From positions 78,990,001-79,054,000 of the forward strand of contig OZ076409.1 of the NCBI GenBank assembly GCA_964187785.1: 64,000 nt of DNA, given 5' to 3'. Shown here piece after piece: positions 37,321 through 52,255 of this stretch. The notes under the pieces were generated by a model, which was not told the origin of the DNA, ran no database searches, and saw only the letters and a list, made by a program, of their open reading frames with translations. The position numbers and the translations under genes were made by a program. This stretch comes from Amphiscolops sp. MND2022 (Eukaryota). The number at the start of each line of letters is the position of its first letter. Position 1 is the stretch's first letter.

Positions 37321-39699
37321 TACTGCAGAGGGTTCGCGTTCCTGCGCCCTCATTTAAGTTAGCTCTTTGTTATCGTTGTGGTACGTTATAACACCAATAG
37401 AGTTTAGATTATTATCGGTAACGTGGCCAGAAGGAAAATGTTCTTCCTCGAATCCTGGCAGTAGAACAAACGGGTTGTTTATTACCGCAGAGGGATCGAC
37501 TTGCGTCGCCCTTTCTATTGACCAGTCTTTGTATACGATCTGAATCTGTGACTTCAGTCTCACTTGAACCCTTGCTGGTCTGGTGATTCCATCAAAACAA
37601 TTAGGTCAAACTCTCTCAAGAAGAGAGTCTTTGATGATATTTTCCTGGTAACGGCAGAATTCAGAGTGTTTTTCACAGTTCAGCTTTTAGGTATAGTGAG
37701 GTGTCCTGTTCTAAAAATCCCGACGCCAATCAAGAAACTGATTTTGCTAATTCTTTGGTAAATTTCACTTGAATAGAAATTAACGAAATCCTTGGTGGCT
37801 TGTGAGGCCGATCCGAAGTCACGAACAGTTGCACTCACCTAGAAGCGAATGTGAGACTTAGTTAGGCACATAAATGTAGGACTAACAACGTGGTTTGTCG
37901 CCTGAGAGTTTCGCAAGGTCATCTGACTGAGTAAAGTGCGCTGCGTCATTGGTTACTCATTTGAAACTGGGCAACGACTTAGAGTGTATTTAATCTTACA
38001 ACCGTGGGCTTTTGGTTCTCATATACGCATAAGAGTAACAGTAATGCTAAACGAAGAAATATTTGTCAAAACCGTGTGCGAGGGTTTGAAACTTCGGTTG
38101 TGGGTGTCGTCCAGTGATCAACCTTTTTTGACATTTACCAGTGCATCCCACACTACGCCAACGGCTTTGCCGGGAGTCCAAGATTCACGCAAACAATATG
38201 CTGCTTGAGGCTCCACTCGTCACGACGTTTCCGTAGGCTTGGGTGAGTTTTTCTTGTGTATCCTTTCTTTCCGTCATATAGCTGCCCGAATACAGACTGA
38301 CATCCTGTTTCACTTGTAAAGTATTTCCAACTAGAAGTTGGTGTCATTTGCCTTTCCTGCATTGAGGTGCTAGCCAGCCAAGCACGGTGCGCGCAACTGC
38401 TCTCATTGGGGAGTTCAGCTAGCATGAACAATGTCCGCAGGCTGAATCGACATATTAGCCTCCAAAATTCTAATGAAAATGTTTCTGAGGTTTTCTATCA
38501 TTCCTGCTGGTTTCCGAGCCCGATAGACAATGAACCCTCAGCCAAGACATCCTTGTATTCGTCATTACTTTGCTTCTTCACCTTTAGCTATATTTCCGTT
38601 GATAACACTGAGCTGCTCTACAATAAGCTCTTAAAAGAGCAAACCTTTCTTTAAATGCCTTCCCTGAAAAAACAAAAAGGCAATGGAAAGCGTTCCAGAC
38701 AGCCAGACGTAATGACTGACATGGAAAATTTGGATTTATATTTCAATAGTTAATTAGGAGAGTTAGTAGGTCAGCAAAAAGAGATAGAAATAGAAATGGA
38801 CTTAGAGTCTGATTAACTACAGCGAATAACTAACCCAGTTAGTGAAGAAAACAAAAAGGTAAATAAAAATAGTAGAGAAAACAGTGTTATAACTATTGAG
38901 ACGGCTAAGGAGATTGATGAAGGGAATACCAGCCAAGTTGCTAGGAAACTAGATGAAATCAGAACTGACTTAATTTCCCAAAAACTACCTGCTATAAACT
39001 CTGAATTGCACAAAAGTAGAACATGTTCTCCTTTCCATTGAAGAAAAACTTGGTGAACGGGATAGAGAAAATAACACGGTAGTAACACGGTAGTGAACCA
39101 AAATTATTGAGAAGAAACAGGAAAACCGCCTCAAAACATGCTGTAAATGATGTTATCAAGGTCTCACAATTAGGGACAATCAAAACAGCCTCAGGTGACT
39201 AGAGAATCTAACTAACAACGGATTTTGCACAAAACATAAAAACACGAACTTAACTAAGTATTGGAAGACAGAAAAAGTAAAATGCAGTCGTTTCCGAAGT
39301 ACAAAAAATTACGACCGAAAAGCGACAACTAAGAAGAACGATTACTGCAGCGTACCAAACCGAAAGGTTGCAAATCACGTTTCAGGAGTGGAGGTGAATC
39401 CAACTTCATGACGTAGGAATGGTATCACATGTTAAAAACTAGGTCGTTTTGGGTAAGAACATCATTAAAAGGCAAATCCTGAAGATTATGCTACTAAAGC
39501 TTTGAATCTGATAAAACGTTTAAAGATATGCGTCCTACCTTTTTATGATCATCAGATAGTTACTTCGTAAAATGACGTTAAAAGTAGAATCTGGTAATCA
39601 GATTTTGCAGAGTTGTCATCAATTACTCCTGAACAGAACAATCAACTTCTGTCGTAACTTGTTCTTTGTTATGAGATTCAACTGAATTAATTTCTGAAC

Positions 39700-42330
39700 T
39701 TAGTTAAGTTCGTGTTTTTGTGTTTTGTGCAAAATCCGTTGTTAGTTAGATTCTCTAGTCACCTGAGGCCGTTTTGATAAGCACAATTGTCAGTGAATCA
39801 TATACTCGGAGCAGTTGCAGCTTACATAATGATGCAGAAGCTGTTCCTCTAGCCCTTTATCAGTGTAGTGTGTCAAAATGTCGGTTTTGTCAAAATGGCA
39901 ATAATGACATTCGTGTTTTTTGTATTCGACGCATCCGTTATTGGATAAGCAACATGGTATCTAAAAATGGCAACTTCAAACGTTTTATTACTGAATTTGT
40001 GGGTTTTTCGATTTAACAAGTTCCAAAATCTGTTGCGATGATGTTTAGGTATTCCACATAAATGAATTATTTCATTTTGTAGGATTGTTACCGGCGTTTG
40101 TCCGTCAGTAATTTTTACAGACTGGCGGCTGACCATTCACTATACGGGTCCATGGGGAGTAATAAGTTAAGTCTACGCGTCTGCTCAGATCAATTCAAAT
40201 TGGTCCGATTAAATCCTTTTGGATTTCTCCGTTTGGTGCACTTAACGGAGGTCGGTTTACTTTCAGTTTAAGTTTGTTCGGTTTTGTTTGATATACCACT
40301 AGAATACCATCTAGCCACGCCGGGTGTTTGTTTTCCAGTGTTTGGACAATCTTCTGTTGAAATATGGTCGGTATCCCTGCCAGACCGTAGAAACTTTTCA
40401 AGAAACTGTAGTAACTGGTGACGCTGGTAATTGCAAAAATGTCCAGGTCCATTTCGTTCTTCGATAATGGCAATTGACCATATGGTAGTAGAGATATTCA
40501 AATCGCATCCACTGCTCCGGATTTTTTTCTTTATATTCGCAATATTAACTTTCCAAAGTAGGCATTTGAGTGGTTCTTTACGGTTATTTCATTAAGTTTG
40601 CGTGAGTCGGGGCTGTTTTCACTGTTCTATATTTTTCTACAGTTATTACAGCTGGACTAACAAAACAGTTTTCATCGCTGTCTTTTGCCTTGTCAATGTG
40701 ACAATTGTTCTTCAGTCTTTCTAAATTCCCTACCGACTGCTGGTTGTAAATGATACGGTATTGGTCGGCCTTTTTGTTGTGTTAGTTTGGCATTGGGTTT
40801 CAGTTGAATTTCTATTTGCTCTTATTGTTTTGTTTTCATGGAATAAGTTTCCAAGTTTTCTTTTCAAAGCTGTGATATATGGTTTTTCCTGGATGTTTTG
40901 AATTTGAAGGTTAGTTTTTTCAGTGTCTTATTTATCTCCCAGATGTTATGTCCAGTCTAGCCCGAGAGGTGGATTTGTTCTTCTAGTTTTTGCCTGTAAT
41001 TCTATTTTGTTCTTCTCTCCGTCGGTTTTGATTTTGCTATCGTTTTACCTTCGACTTTTTTGTTACTGTCTACGTCTCTGAATTCTGCTTTTAGTGTGTG
41101 TATTGGTGTGATTCCATTGGAATTTTGGTAAGGTTTTAGTGTGACCGGTACCCCGCTGTCAATTATGAATTTGATGGGACAGTTATTAACCAATAGCATT
41201 GTAGTGAAGAATGTCCGTCTGTGGTAATTTCTTTTTTTATTGGACCTCTCTTGTTATTGAGTGTGTTTTGTTTGAGGACCAGTCGTCCTTCTCTGCACTT
41301 GTTGCTTCGGAGTCGTGGTGGATGCGTTTTTTTCCGGAACATTCTCTGTTTGGATTGGCATAATTTTGCGTAGCGTCCAATTTTTCCACAGTTTTCATTT
41401 TGTTTTGGCTGGACAGCTATGTTGCTTATTCCAGCTTGGTGCACCCCATCAGTTGCAGTGGACGTTTCCGATCTTGTTCTGTTACTCTTTTTCTGGATTT
41501 TGGTAGTTCTCTTTTTTGGCCACCCTATTTCACTTTGATTTTCGTCTCTTCTTCAAAATCATCGAAGCGTCTCTTTGGATTATGAATCTTCTTCCATTTT
41601 CACGTACGTATTCGTGAATTGTGTCGTTAATTGCTTCCACTGAACTGTTCTCTTCCTTACCTTCTTTTTCAGGTCTTTGTTTCCTTGGTATATCCAATTG
41701 CAGATAGGAATTTCGATGCGAGAAATTCTGCCGTTGTTATTTCCTCGAATTCGCAGGTCTTTTCAAGTACGAGAATCCGTTTCTTGGTTTCTGCTGTCGA
41801 TTGTCCTGGTTCTTGTTTTAGATTGAAGAAATATGCTCTGCTGTGGTGAATATTCAGTTCTGGAATAAAGTGTAATCTAAATAGTGCGTAAAGTTAGTAT
41901 AAGGGGAGTGAATTGCGTTCTCTTTTCCTAACCGTCTGTGTCATTTCCGTGATCGCGGAGTGTCCAATTGCCCGAATGAATACAACTTTTATTTCTTCCC
42001 CCTTCCTCCAGTTGGTCTCTGTATTGTGGTAGTATTCCATTGGAAATGGCCATATTTGTTGAGTCGATTTCGTGGGTCAATTTGATATATTGGACGTTTT
42101 TTGTCCACCATAGTTTTGCACTTGTGTGATCGTTTTTTTTAAGATCGGATGGGGCAGCTTTTGTGTTGATGTCCATTTCACCGATCTTGTCGTTGTATTG
42201 TTTGGAAGTATCCTGTTGTTTGTTTTTCCCAATGTGTTGTTTTAGTCGTACCAAATCTTTGTACAGTTGAATATAAGTTCTCAGGAAAAGGATAGCTAAT
42301 GAAAAGAAGTAAGAGTTCAAGGTTTACTGT
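39700..42330 (-). mobile_element. Degenerate Ty3/Gypsy LTR retrotransposon internal region (gag, protease, RT, integrase remnants)
   Basis: PBS-like TGGTACGAC near 42250, zinc knuckle NCGKIGRYAKLC, protease FIIDSG, RT FVSPAVI..DSRKLN and YGLAGIPTIFQQKI..PAWLDG, integrase HLCGIP. LTR pair not identified. Confidence 0.75.
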
Positions 42331-44224
42331 AGCTCTACATTATATACAAATTATACTAGGCTTTCATGTAGGCTAGATAGTTGTTATTAAACAAAATTTT
42401 AAATAGCAACCGGATTGTTTATCAAAAGTCCTAAATTCAATTGCTGTTGCTCTTCAGAAGTAAATTTCACCGAAACAATTTTCATGTATATTGATAGATC
42501 AGCTCGATATCGATAATAAAGAATCCGTTTTACCTGGAGACTATCAAATCAAAATAAAATGAATATAGAAATGAAACGTTCTAAACGTACTGATTGAGTT
42601 TACGGACCGAGGGTCTAATTTTAACGCGAGTGGGGACAGTTTTTGGGTGCTTACTGGAGTGATGTCCTACTTATTTACATGGCCGGCCGACGCCTTCGAC
42701 ATAGCATATCGAACTAAACACTTAGTAAGCTAATTTCACGTAATTCGAAACTGGTGTACTGCAGCCTTTATTCTTCGGAAAAGCAAATATTCAAAACTTT
42801 TGAGCGATAGTCTTCCCGAAATAATCAATTCAAAAGTCCTATTTGAAAACCTGGAATTATCAGTTGCGGTCTCGATTAACTCATAGAGGCGGGTTCTTCG
42901 TTTCCTTCTTCTAAAGATAATTGGGTTCATTTACGAAAAGTCATGCGTGCAAAAAGCGCATTCAAAAGGTAAAAATGACGGAAAGGTTCCCGTCATTATC
43001 GCGTATCTTGTCTCGAGTTTAAAGGTTATCAAATTCGACAAGAGGAAGTTTGTGGGAAAATCAATCGAGGAGTATGGCTCTGCAAGTAAAAAAGGTCGTT
43101 CTCTGCGTATTCATTCTCTGTGTCGAGATATTTTACTCGAAACTATAAAATTATCGGTTTTTGAATGGGTTTACAAACCATATTTTTATTCAAATGCATA
43201 TAAATAAAAAACCGAAACCATTGTTGCAAATAATTACACAAAATGACACGCCTCATTTACGAGTTTAACCATTACACTTACAACAATGAGGCGATTTTTG
43301 TACAGTTGACTCATGAATTGAATGTCGATAGAATTGAGTGTTTTTTTCACTCTGATGACAAAAGTTTGTGAATTGTTGCGACCTAATTTGGCAAAATGGG
43401 TTTTTAATAGGACTTTGTTTTACTAAAAAGATGAGACTTTGTTTTACTGCAAAAAACTACAATGTTCACATTTTTCGAGCCCAGTGTTACACTGCATTTT
43501 GTTGAGGTTAATTGCAATATTTTTCTTCGAAAAAAAAAAACGAATCAGTTCAAATAATTTCCATCGTTAACCATCTTTTACACATTCAATCTTTTACAGC
43601 TATTATACTGCAACGAAATAAAGTAGTTGAATAGAGTTCAAATGCACTTTCGATTATTGAACTTTCTTGAATGTTCATTCATTGATTTCTGATATCGAGG
43701 AGAAAGAAGGCCTTAAGCAAATAATTCTGTCACTGTATAAGGTTCTTATAATCATCGGATTGCTCTCAACGACATCGCCAAAAATGTCAATGAATATCAA
43801 AATCATGCGGAAAACTGAAGTCCCAAATGCCAACAGTTGTGTTATTGGCGAATATTATTTCCATAAATCCCATTTTTTGGGAAATATTTACAAGAGAAAG
43901 GAAATGAACGAACGCGAATAAGAATCGAAAATATAAAATCGACACTCTAGCTGGTACATTTGACCATATCTTACGACAAAAATTTAGGCCGTACGCCCCT
44001 CGTGCAGCAGCCAATGAAATAACGCGTTCAGATTTTTTGTTTCCCCTCACACTGAAGAAAAACAGAACAGAAAAAAGAAGGATTCGTCAACAACTACAAC
44101 ATTTTTGATCCACCGGGAAAACTCCCCCATTAGAAAAAAATTCTGCTTCTCTTTCAAGTTTAGTTCACCATTGTCTAACAAGAGTGTAACCAGCAGTTTC
44201 ATTATTGATTCTCATTTACTGAAA

Positions 44225-44416
44225 ATGACTGCTGAGCTTTTCCACGAGAACAGATCATTGGGAAATGTGACCTATGACCCCGCGATGACCGGCCTCGGTG
44301 GTGAAATGACAGTGATGGAATGGGTCATGATTGTTTTGAAAGCAGTTCTTGGCTGCATTGCCGCTTTCCAGAATGCAGTTATATTTATTTTGCTTTGCAT
44401 GAAGAAAAAACGAGTG
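44225..44416 (+). CDS. First coding exon of a probable class A (rhodopsin-like) GPCR: N-terminus plus TM1
   Basis: AAAATG start, N-glycosylation sequons NRS and NVT, hydrophobic VMIVLKAVLGCIAAFQNAVIFILLC with the TM1 Asn, basic KKKR, then a consensus GTAAGT donor at 44417. Later exons not found. Confidence 0.7.
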
Positions 44417-45284
44417 GTAAGTACATATAGTTGTAACTTATTAGGAAAAACAATTCTGAATCGAATTACACAATAATTTATCAAATTAGCCATATTGTTG
44501 TTTATATAAATATCATTTTTTATGTTTCCTTTTCACCATAAAAAGAAGGACGGCAACTTAGTACATTCTGTTTCATTGTCCAAGTTTTCAAGCAAAAGCA
44601 AAATCTTCTATAGAAACTGATAAATATATTGCTATAGTCCATCCTAGTAAATAAAAGTCTATCAAACGTTACTATAAACATGAAGCTTCACAGAAACCCA
44701 ATGGACATGTTTCACGTGGTTCAAGGGTTGCATTCAAAATTTTCACGCTTTTCAAAAATCTGAGAGGTTTTGATAATTGTTGAAACACAGAAGGAATTAT
44801 TGAATTTAACGAATTACGGTCGGTATCAAGTCTAAGCTTTGCAAGTCTTTCACGAGATTGTGCTTCGCGGAATCGTAAACAAGTGTCTAAAATACCACCT
44901 TCATGTGACCTCAGAGAAGTCTTATGTTCAAATGTTTTGTATTATAAAATGCACGACATGCTGAAATAACTACAGAAGCTACATGAAGAGATTTGCAACA
45001 ATTCAAGGATTGTAGCAACAAAACTGCTACCCAAATGTCGATAGACACTCGTTATGAAGCCACCATTACCTTCTTCAAAAATTAAGAAATTCAGTTCAAA
45101 AACCACCCTTTCGATGTTTTTACTGATGAGAGAGAAATATGAATGTGGAACGAGATAACGGTTTCAAACAAAGAAACTTCAAAGAATGTCGAAAAATATT
45201 CCATTACAAGTTTCACTGGATGCATGAAGAAAACAAGTGCTTAATCAAAAGGGTTTACAAAGATAGATTTTCTCGTAACTGTGG

Positions 45285-45590
45285 CGAGCGGTATTCGTGA
45301 TCTCGACAAGAGGTACAAAGGTTAAAACCTGTTTTCAGTTGGTTTTGAAGTTTTTCGCAGTCTAGTTCACCTTCGGTATTCCTCTGTAGTAACACGGACC
45401 AAAGTTCCACTTTGTTGCTAAACCCATCTTGGAGCGGTCACAGGCTCACGTGAGTCTGCAGAATAAATTTTTCTTCTAATTTGGGGTCGATTGCGCTCAT
45501 AATCTGAGTATATTAGGTTTTCTCCAGCGCTCTTTTACCGTGTTTCTCCTATCAGAGTTCATCATCAATCGAATTTCATCTGTTTTAATT
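45285..45590 (-). mobile_element. Old repeat, possibly a BEL/Pao integrase remnant; diverged second copy at ~48690-48985
   Basis: Clear nucleotide similarity between the two copies. Weak KWNFGP and FLIGRP motifs. Confidence 0.3.
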
Positions 45591-48500
45591 TCAGCTTTCT
45601 TGGCGCCCAATGGGTTCGCTTGTAACTCTTTTACTAGAGGGCTGGTTCAGATACGAAATTTCCTACTTCGGCGAAACTCATTAGACTGCAGGGCCTATTC
45701 TTCATCTCTTTCAACTGAGTTGTTTTCAAACTCATTCTTTCCGTAATTTCTTAACATAAAATTCGTATATTCTAAATCTGACAATACATCACTGTTGCCT
45801 AGCTTTCTGTTTTCTTGTTTAAAGCAATATGAAAAAAAATTGTTACCAGTGAATTCAGTCTTAAATATTGTTTGGCGTATTTCAGCTTTCAACAAAACAA
45901 ATATTTAGAGACTCACATGTTATCAAATTAAGCGTGAAATCGAAAGTAGTAGCATTATAACAAAAGACAGAACTGGTACAAAAGTAGTATTCTGCTGTAG
46001 TCTTGTGGTCTTAACGTCCGTCAATATGTATTTTACAGTGCATGACAATCGAGATTATGGGTGTCATTTTTGTAAAAATAACTGCAAGCTTATTATAAAG
46101 TTGCTATGACGTCATGACTATCTAAGAGCTTTTAATAGAAAAACATCAAACAATAAAAAAGGGTCCGGCATACAGCCTTTAATGGTAAGCAACTACTATG
46201 AATTTGTTTACCTTCAACACTACATATTATGAAAAACTAAATTGACAGCACGTTCTTTTGAAAATCTTGGACCAGCGGTCAATTTGATCAGAGATAAGAG
46301 CGCTAAGAAAAATGAATTGTACAAAACGTTATACGAAACTATGAAGTTGAATATTATCTTTTGACTCGGACAAAAGTCGGCGTAGTCAATGTGGCTTCAA
46401 GTCCACTAGGGTCTCATGTTTGTTTCGTAACAAATGATTAAGCAATTAAGGCGTCTACTTTATGAGCGATACATTTACTTTTAGTTTGCTGACCGAAAGT
46501 CCAATAAAACAGATGAATATCGCAGCAAGCAGCAAGCGAGAGTCACCTAGGTTCAAACGGAAGGTGCCAGAAAGCAACCCAAGCGTTCTTACTTATGAAT
46601 CTCGATTTGCACTCGACTCAATTAATGTTTAACATCAATCACTCAAGTTCTAGAAGTAGTTGATTTGGACTGCATGTCTGTTCGACACCACTAGTTGTTC
46701 TCCTCCAATCACAATGTGGTGATAGTAGATAAAGATGTTAAAAAAATTATTATTACCCGAAAGAAATGGTAACAGAAATTGATTAACAGTAATAACTAGA
46801 TAAAATGGTGAGCTATAAATCACTGTTAAGTGTCAAAAGATGCCCAACTGATATGAGAACAAATTGCACTATTTAGGCAAAGTGTACGTAATGTCCAAGT
46901 TAATTCAAATACATTTAGATAATTAGCAACAACCATATTCTTCATTTCTGGTCCATTCAGATGCTGGCTAATTAAATTGGTCCTTGAGGATCACTCAAGT
47001 TGTTCTTTTTACCAACACTAATTCTCGATCAATAACCCTCATCAAAGACTGTCGGTCCGTTTGGCTACACGAGCGGAACTCGCCAATCACGTCTCGCTGA
47101 TAAATGAATGAAACACTCTTGTAGATGAAAAAACAAAACTGGCAAGAAGGGTTATTATCATTAAGTAGTATTGAAGCAATTTAAAGAAAAAATACATGTA
47201 GCTATGTCTATACGTCTAAATTGATGTCGGACACTAAGTCCGTTTGGCGTCAGTCTTATACAAAATTGGCCAACTTTCGCAATTCAACTTTTTGTTCAAG
47301 TTTTCAGATTTTTCAAAACTCGCGTCGTATTTTACATTCTCAGCTGCCATTCGTGGCCCACGCCCATCAGGATGACAACAGCACTTGATACTTCTCTTCC
47401 ATCAGTTCGATCTTGGCTTTGCACACTCTACCTCTTAGATTTAGAAATCAACGGCCAACCAACTTCTGAGATAGAAGAACAAAACGATGTTTGGTTTCTG
47501 GTAACAGTTGCTTCTGTAAGCATTTCTGATAATAGGCTAAACTATCGTGATAAGGACGTTTCGTCCAATGAGCATCACTAACTGTTTGTTCCGCAGTTAG
47601 CAACTGATACTAATGGGTCATCAGAGAGTGATGGGACGTATTTGACTCGGACAAAAATTCCTTCTGATTTATGTCGATTTGACCAAAGGGCGGGACAAGT
47701 TTCAGTTCCATCTCTTTGATTGGAGCCTCTGAAGTTCTGAAAAATCTCAAATTGAAGAGAAAGTCCTGCTGGTTTTGTCTTATGCGGATATCGTAAGTTG
47801 AAGATGAGCTGCTGATACTTCGGACACGATAGTATCTCTTCCTCCTGAAGATTTTTGATCATCTAGGCGGGAGTCCGCGTGGTTTGCGGGTGTATTTTTG
47901 GTAGGGTCGAAATCGACATTCCGCTCAAGTCCTGTAGAAATTTGATCCTGCTGCCCAGCATCGTCAAGGCTAGATCCAATAAAGTTGAAGTTATCAGTGC
48001 GTGACGTAAATATCTCGTTTGGGGTATTCTCAAGAGTATGTTTCCCAAGTAATAACATGTATATCATCCTGTGGGATAGCAATGTCATGTGTTTTTGACA
48101 TCAGGTCACAACTGTTGCATAAGTCAAAACTACAAGTGATTTGCACTAACACAATACTGTGCAATTAAATAGGTATCATTGATGTACGGCGTAACGCAAC
48201 ATCAACGAATTGCTCAAGAATTAGTTTGGCACTCTTAAATACTCCCACATTCACAAAGTGTGAATTTTCGAATTGTTTTCATGTAGTTCGACCATCATAA
48301 AGTGGAAAAATTTACTTTACGTCTGTTATATTTCTCTCAGCCATCAAAGTGATATAACGTCTGAATCACTTCAAATTCATCAAAGTTAAGACGCGAGCAC
48401 AGTTCACCCTTGTTGTCGTGTTAACAAATGACAAATGCGACAATTATTTAAAATCTCGACGTTCCAGCACCGATAGCAAACAATATATATAATTGGCAAG

Positions 48501-51500
48501 ACACTTCAGTCTTAGCCGGTACATGGTTCATTTGTGACGAACTATAAAACTGATCAACACATTTATTGGGAGTTTGCTGGTTTCGATAATTCTGCATTTT
48601 GCTATCTGGGGCAGTTGTGGGCCGTCCGATCAGGAACTCAGGACCATATGAGGGGTAAGTGTGGCTCCTCTCACCATGTGGTAACTCTGGAGAGCGCTTT
48701 CCGTGATCTCATCAGAGTTACAATGAAAAAACCAGTTTTGGTCCGTTGTGAAGTTTTTCGCAGTCGAGTTCACCTTCTGTATTTCCGTATAGTCCACGAA
48801 CCGATTTTCCACTTTTGTGCTGAATCCCTCCTTGAGTGCTCCCAGGCTAACGTGATTCTGCTGAATGATTTTCTTTTGAAATGCAGAGTCCATTGCTTTC
48901 ATAATCTGAGTTTTTGGGTTTTCGCCAGCGTTCTCTTACCATGTTTCTAATTTTAGACTTCATCATCAATCTAATTTCATATTAGTGTAATTCAGTTTTT
49001 TTGACGCCATAGGACAAAAGGTAGTCTTGCGGACTCAGCGTCCGTCAGTATATGATTACTGGTTCATATTAAAATTAAATGTATTTTACACGACTAAAGG
49101 TACAAGTATAAATTGTACAAAAAATTATACGGAGAATGAAGTTGAGTATTATTGTTCGCGTCGGACATCAGTTGCGACAGATGCAAATTAACGCAAAAGA
49201 TTCAAAGAATTCCTTAGAACTATAAAAAAACCGGGGACGGTATAAATCGACGTCCCACTCAAGACTCAAAAACCGATAAATTATAAGTTGACGCTAACAC
49301 TCAAAATCTCAGAGTGCCAAAAAATATTCGAAGTTTGGGCCTAAAAATTTTACACGGCGGTATTCGAGTTCTCTGCAATGTAATTATTCATTTAGCAAAC
49401 GAAATATTGTAGTCATTGGAAAAGACCGGAGTTCTAGTTAGTACAATTATGAAAAAAACCTGCTGAAAACAACTAAATAATAGCATGCATTACAAATGTA
49501 ACGATACCCCCAGGTATAACCGCAATCTGAACAATTCGATGTAACTCAGTGATGTAATTGTTTGTTATGACTGATTTGTTCATTGATTTATTTGTTTGAT
49601 ATGACTGATTGCTCATTTTGCAACCTCGGCATTTGAAAAATCGGAGAAAAATAAAAGAACACAGGAAATGCTGTACAGAGACGAAAAGCATATAAAAAAC
49701 ATTCAAATACGACCCAACATTGAGTGCAAGGTCATTGAGTTATTGACACGTTTTATCAAGACGCACCATGTTGTGAATACTCTACAAATGAGTGTATTTG
49801 CGTAATCGCCACCTTTCGGTCTAGTCTCCGGTCTGTGGTGAAACTCCAGCCTACGAAATGCGTGGTCAGTCATTCTGTGCTTTCTCATTGATTTTTCCAT
49901 AAGCAGATGTTGAGCTCGTAGGCTGCTATTTACAATTTACACATTGTCATTTTCTGATACTAATCAATTACAGAAAAAAAGTTCCGTTTCTTGACCCTGT
50001 TGTCAAAGGCTAGTAGAACGGTAGTTGCTGATAGGCAAATAATTAAATTTTGATTTCCTTGAGTGCCAGTTTGTGTAAATTTTTGCCTTAGCATTTCAAA
50101 TAAAATGTTCTTCATGCATGATGAAAAAAGACAAAAATCGACTGCAGCAGATGAAAAAAATTTCTAAAACTTTTTAAAAGTACCACAAAAAGAAGATAAA
50201 TTTCCAAAGGAAAAGTACTCCGCTTGTTCTTCAAAATGCTGAATTGAAAAAAAAGACTTACACCGATAAGACTTTCGTGAAGAGTTTTGCAAATATAATT
50301 GTATCGTTTTAGCGTTCTCGCTGTAAAAGGTGCCAAACCGGGCCGGCAATAATCAATTTTCGAACCGGTATATCCCGCAAATACAGGTAGTTTTTAGTCG
50401 GTTCAGTTATATTTTGAACTCAATATATCAGTTTGTGCATATATTTCTTTGGTGGTCATTTTCATGGTGAGAAAATTAAACTCATAAAACATTCTCAAGT
50501 TGAACCCAATCAATTGTTTCTCATAAGAATCATAAGAACATATGGAACTTTTGGCCCAAACCAACTTCTGAGATGAATTTTTGAAAAATCCATCATTTCA
50601 AACCAATATCATCAGTATATATAAAGATTGTTTAGTAAGACTGTTATGTATCAATACATACCGAAATGCTATTATTGATCTTCGGGGGCATATTTTCATC
50701 GTATGTCCTAGAGTGTTTCCCAGGGCATGCTCTGAATATAAGACACATCCTCCGATTTTGATTTGGTACTCTATAATAGGATCCCTAGTTGAAAGTGCTC
50801 GAAAGTTTTACATGCTTTTATAGGCTGCAAGGCTAATTTATTAGGTTTTTGGGAGCTGCTTAGGGAAGTTTTCATGCTCAATATTTTCATGCTGCGTCAC
50901 TAATTTTTCAAGTATTTATCAAGATTTTTTTTTACAATTTAGCGGGTTTTCAGAGTAACATCAAGCAAGGAAATTAAAGACAAATTCCCCGCGAAAATTT
51001 GCAGGTTTTCGTGAGCAAGGCCTCGAATTTTGTAAGCACAGACGCTACAATATGACGTAAACAAAAAGTCAACCAGTGCCCGTGTGGCAAACACATTCGT
51101 ATTACTGGAATTCTTTTCGAAGGATTTTTTTCTTTACATGCAAATTGTTGGAATAGGCAATATTCATCAATTTTAGGGTTTGGAAAAATAAAAACATTTT
51201 CATATAGAAGTTCTATACGCTGTTTTTAGGAACTACTTTAGAACGGAATATCGAAATAAAACGGTTTTGATTGGTTGAAATTTCAAATATTTTTTGAACA
51301 ATTTCAGCTACGAAGATGTTTGGAAAATCTGGAAAACTAACAAAAAAACCTATTTAAAGTTTTTGCGAGCTTTTTTGCTGGAGTTTTTGCATGAATTGGA
51401 AAATTTGATGTTTTTCGCTGAAAAAAACTGACAAAAAATTTGGAAAGAAATCCAGTCAAATTTTTGCAATCGTATTTCATTTCTGACTGGCTTTTGTTTG

Positions 51501-51554
51501 AGAGTTTGGGATTCTGGGGTGAATCATGGATAGCCATCACACTATCCATCCGGT

Positions 51555-52000
51555 AAATAGCATCTAAAAACACTGTATGTCACTTGCATAACGTCTAAAA
51601 CAATCACATTTTCGTTGAGTAACGTCTAAAATCACTTTTTTGGGAATAACGTTTAAAATCACTATATTTTGGTATAATAGGATCTGAAAACACTGTATGT
51701 CACTGGAATAACGTCTAAAACAATCGCATTTTCGTTGAGTAACGTCTAAAATCATTTTTTTTGTGTGGAATAACGTCTAAAATCACTTTTTTTGGGAATC
51801 ACGTCTAAAATCACTATATTTGCGGAATAACGTCTAAAATTACTGTATTTTGGTAGAATAGCATCTAAAAACACTGTATGTCACTGGAATAACTTCTAAA
51901 ACAATCGTATTTTTGTTGAGTAGCGTCTAAGACACTTTTTTGTGTGGAATAACGTCTAAAATCACTTTTTTGGGAATAACGTCTAAAATCACCATATTTG
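51555..52000. repeat. Complex minisatellite with AACGTCTAAAA(T/C)CA core (~24-32-bp units)
   Basis: About 16 variant units with a recurring higher-order pattern. Confidence 0.85.
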
Positions 52001-52255
52001 CGGTTGTTTTTTTTGGTACTGGTCTACTGGGATAGTGGCTGGTATGGGGTTCCCTACTTTCGTTGCAGACCACAGGTGTGTGTTTTCTCTCCTCCTCCAC
52101 CATGATGATACACATGGCACTTGATTTATGTATGGCGCCTGAATATGTAATTTCATGTTAGCCAAAAATGCTGTCTTCTGAGAATGAACAAGGAACATGG
52201 AAATATAAGAGACACGTTTAAGACTCGGAAACCATATTCTCCCCAACTGAAATTT

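Noticed and set aside
38655..39170. Possible retroelement gag N-terminus on the + strand
   Set aside because: Coding-like but stop-ridden, with no motif I can name with confidence.
47372..48088. Short ORFs as host exons
   Set aside because: No domain, stops in all frames and no fit to GPCR TM2 onward.
51555..52000. CRISPR-like array
   Set aside because: Inter-core segments are themselves repeated and short, so this is a minisatellite.
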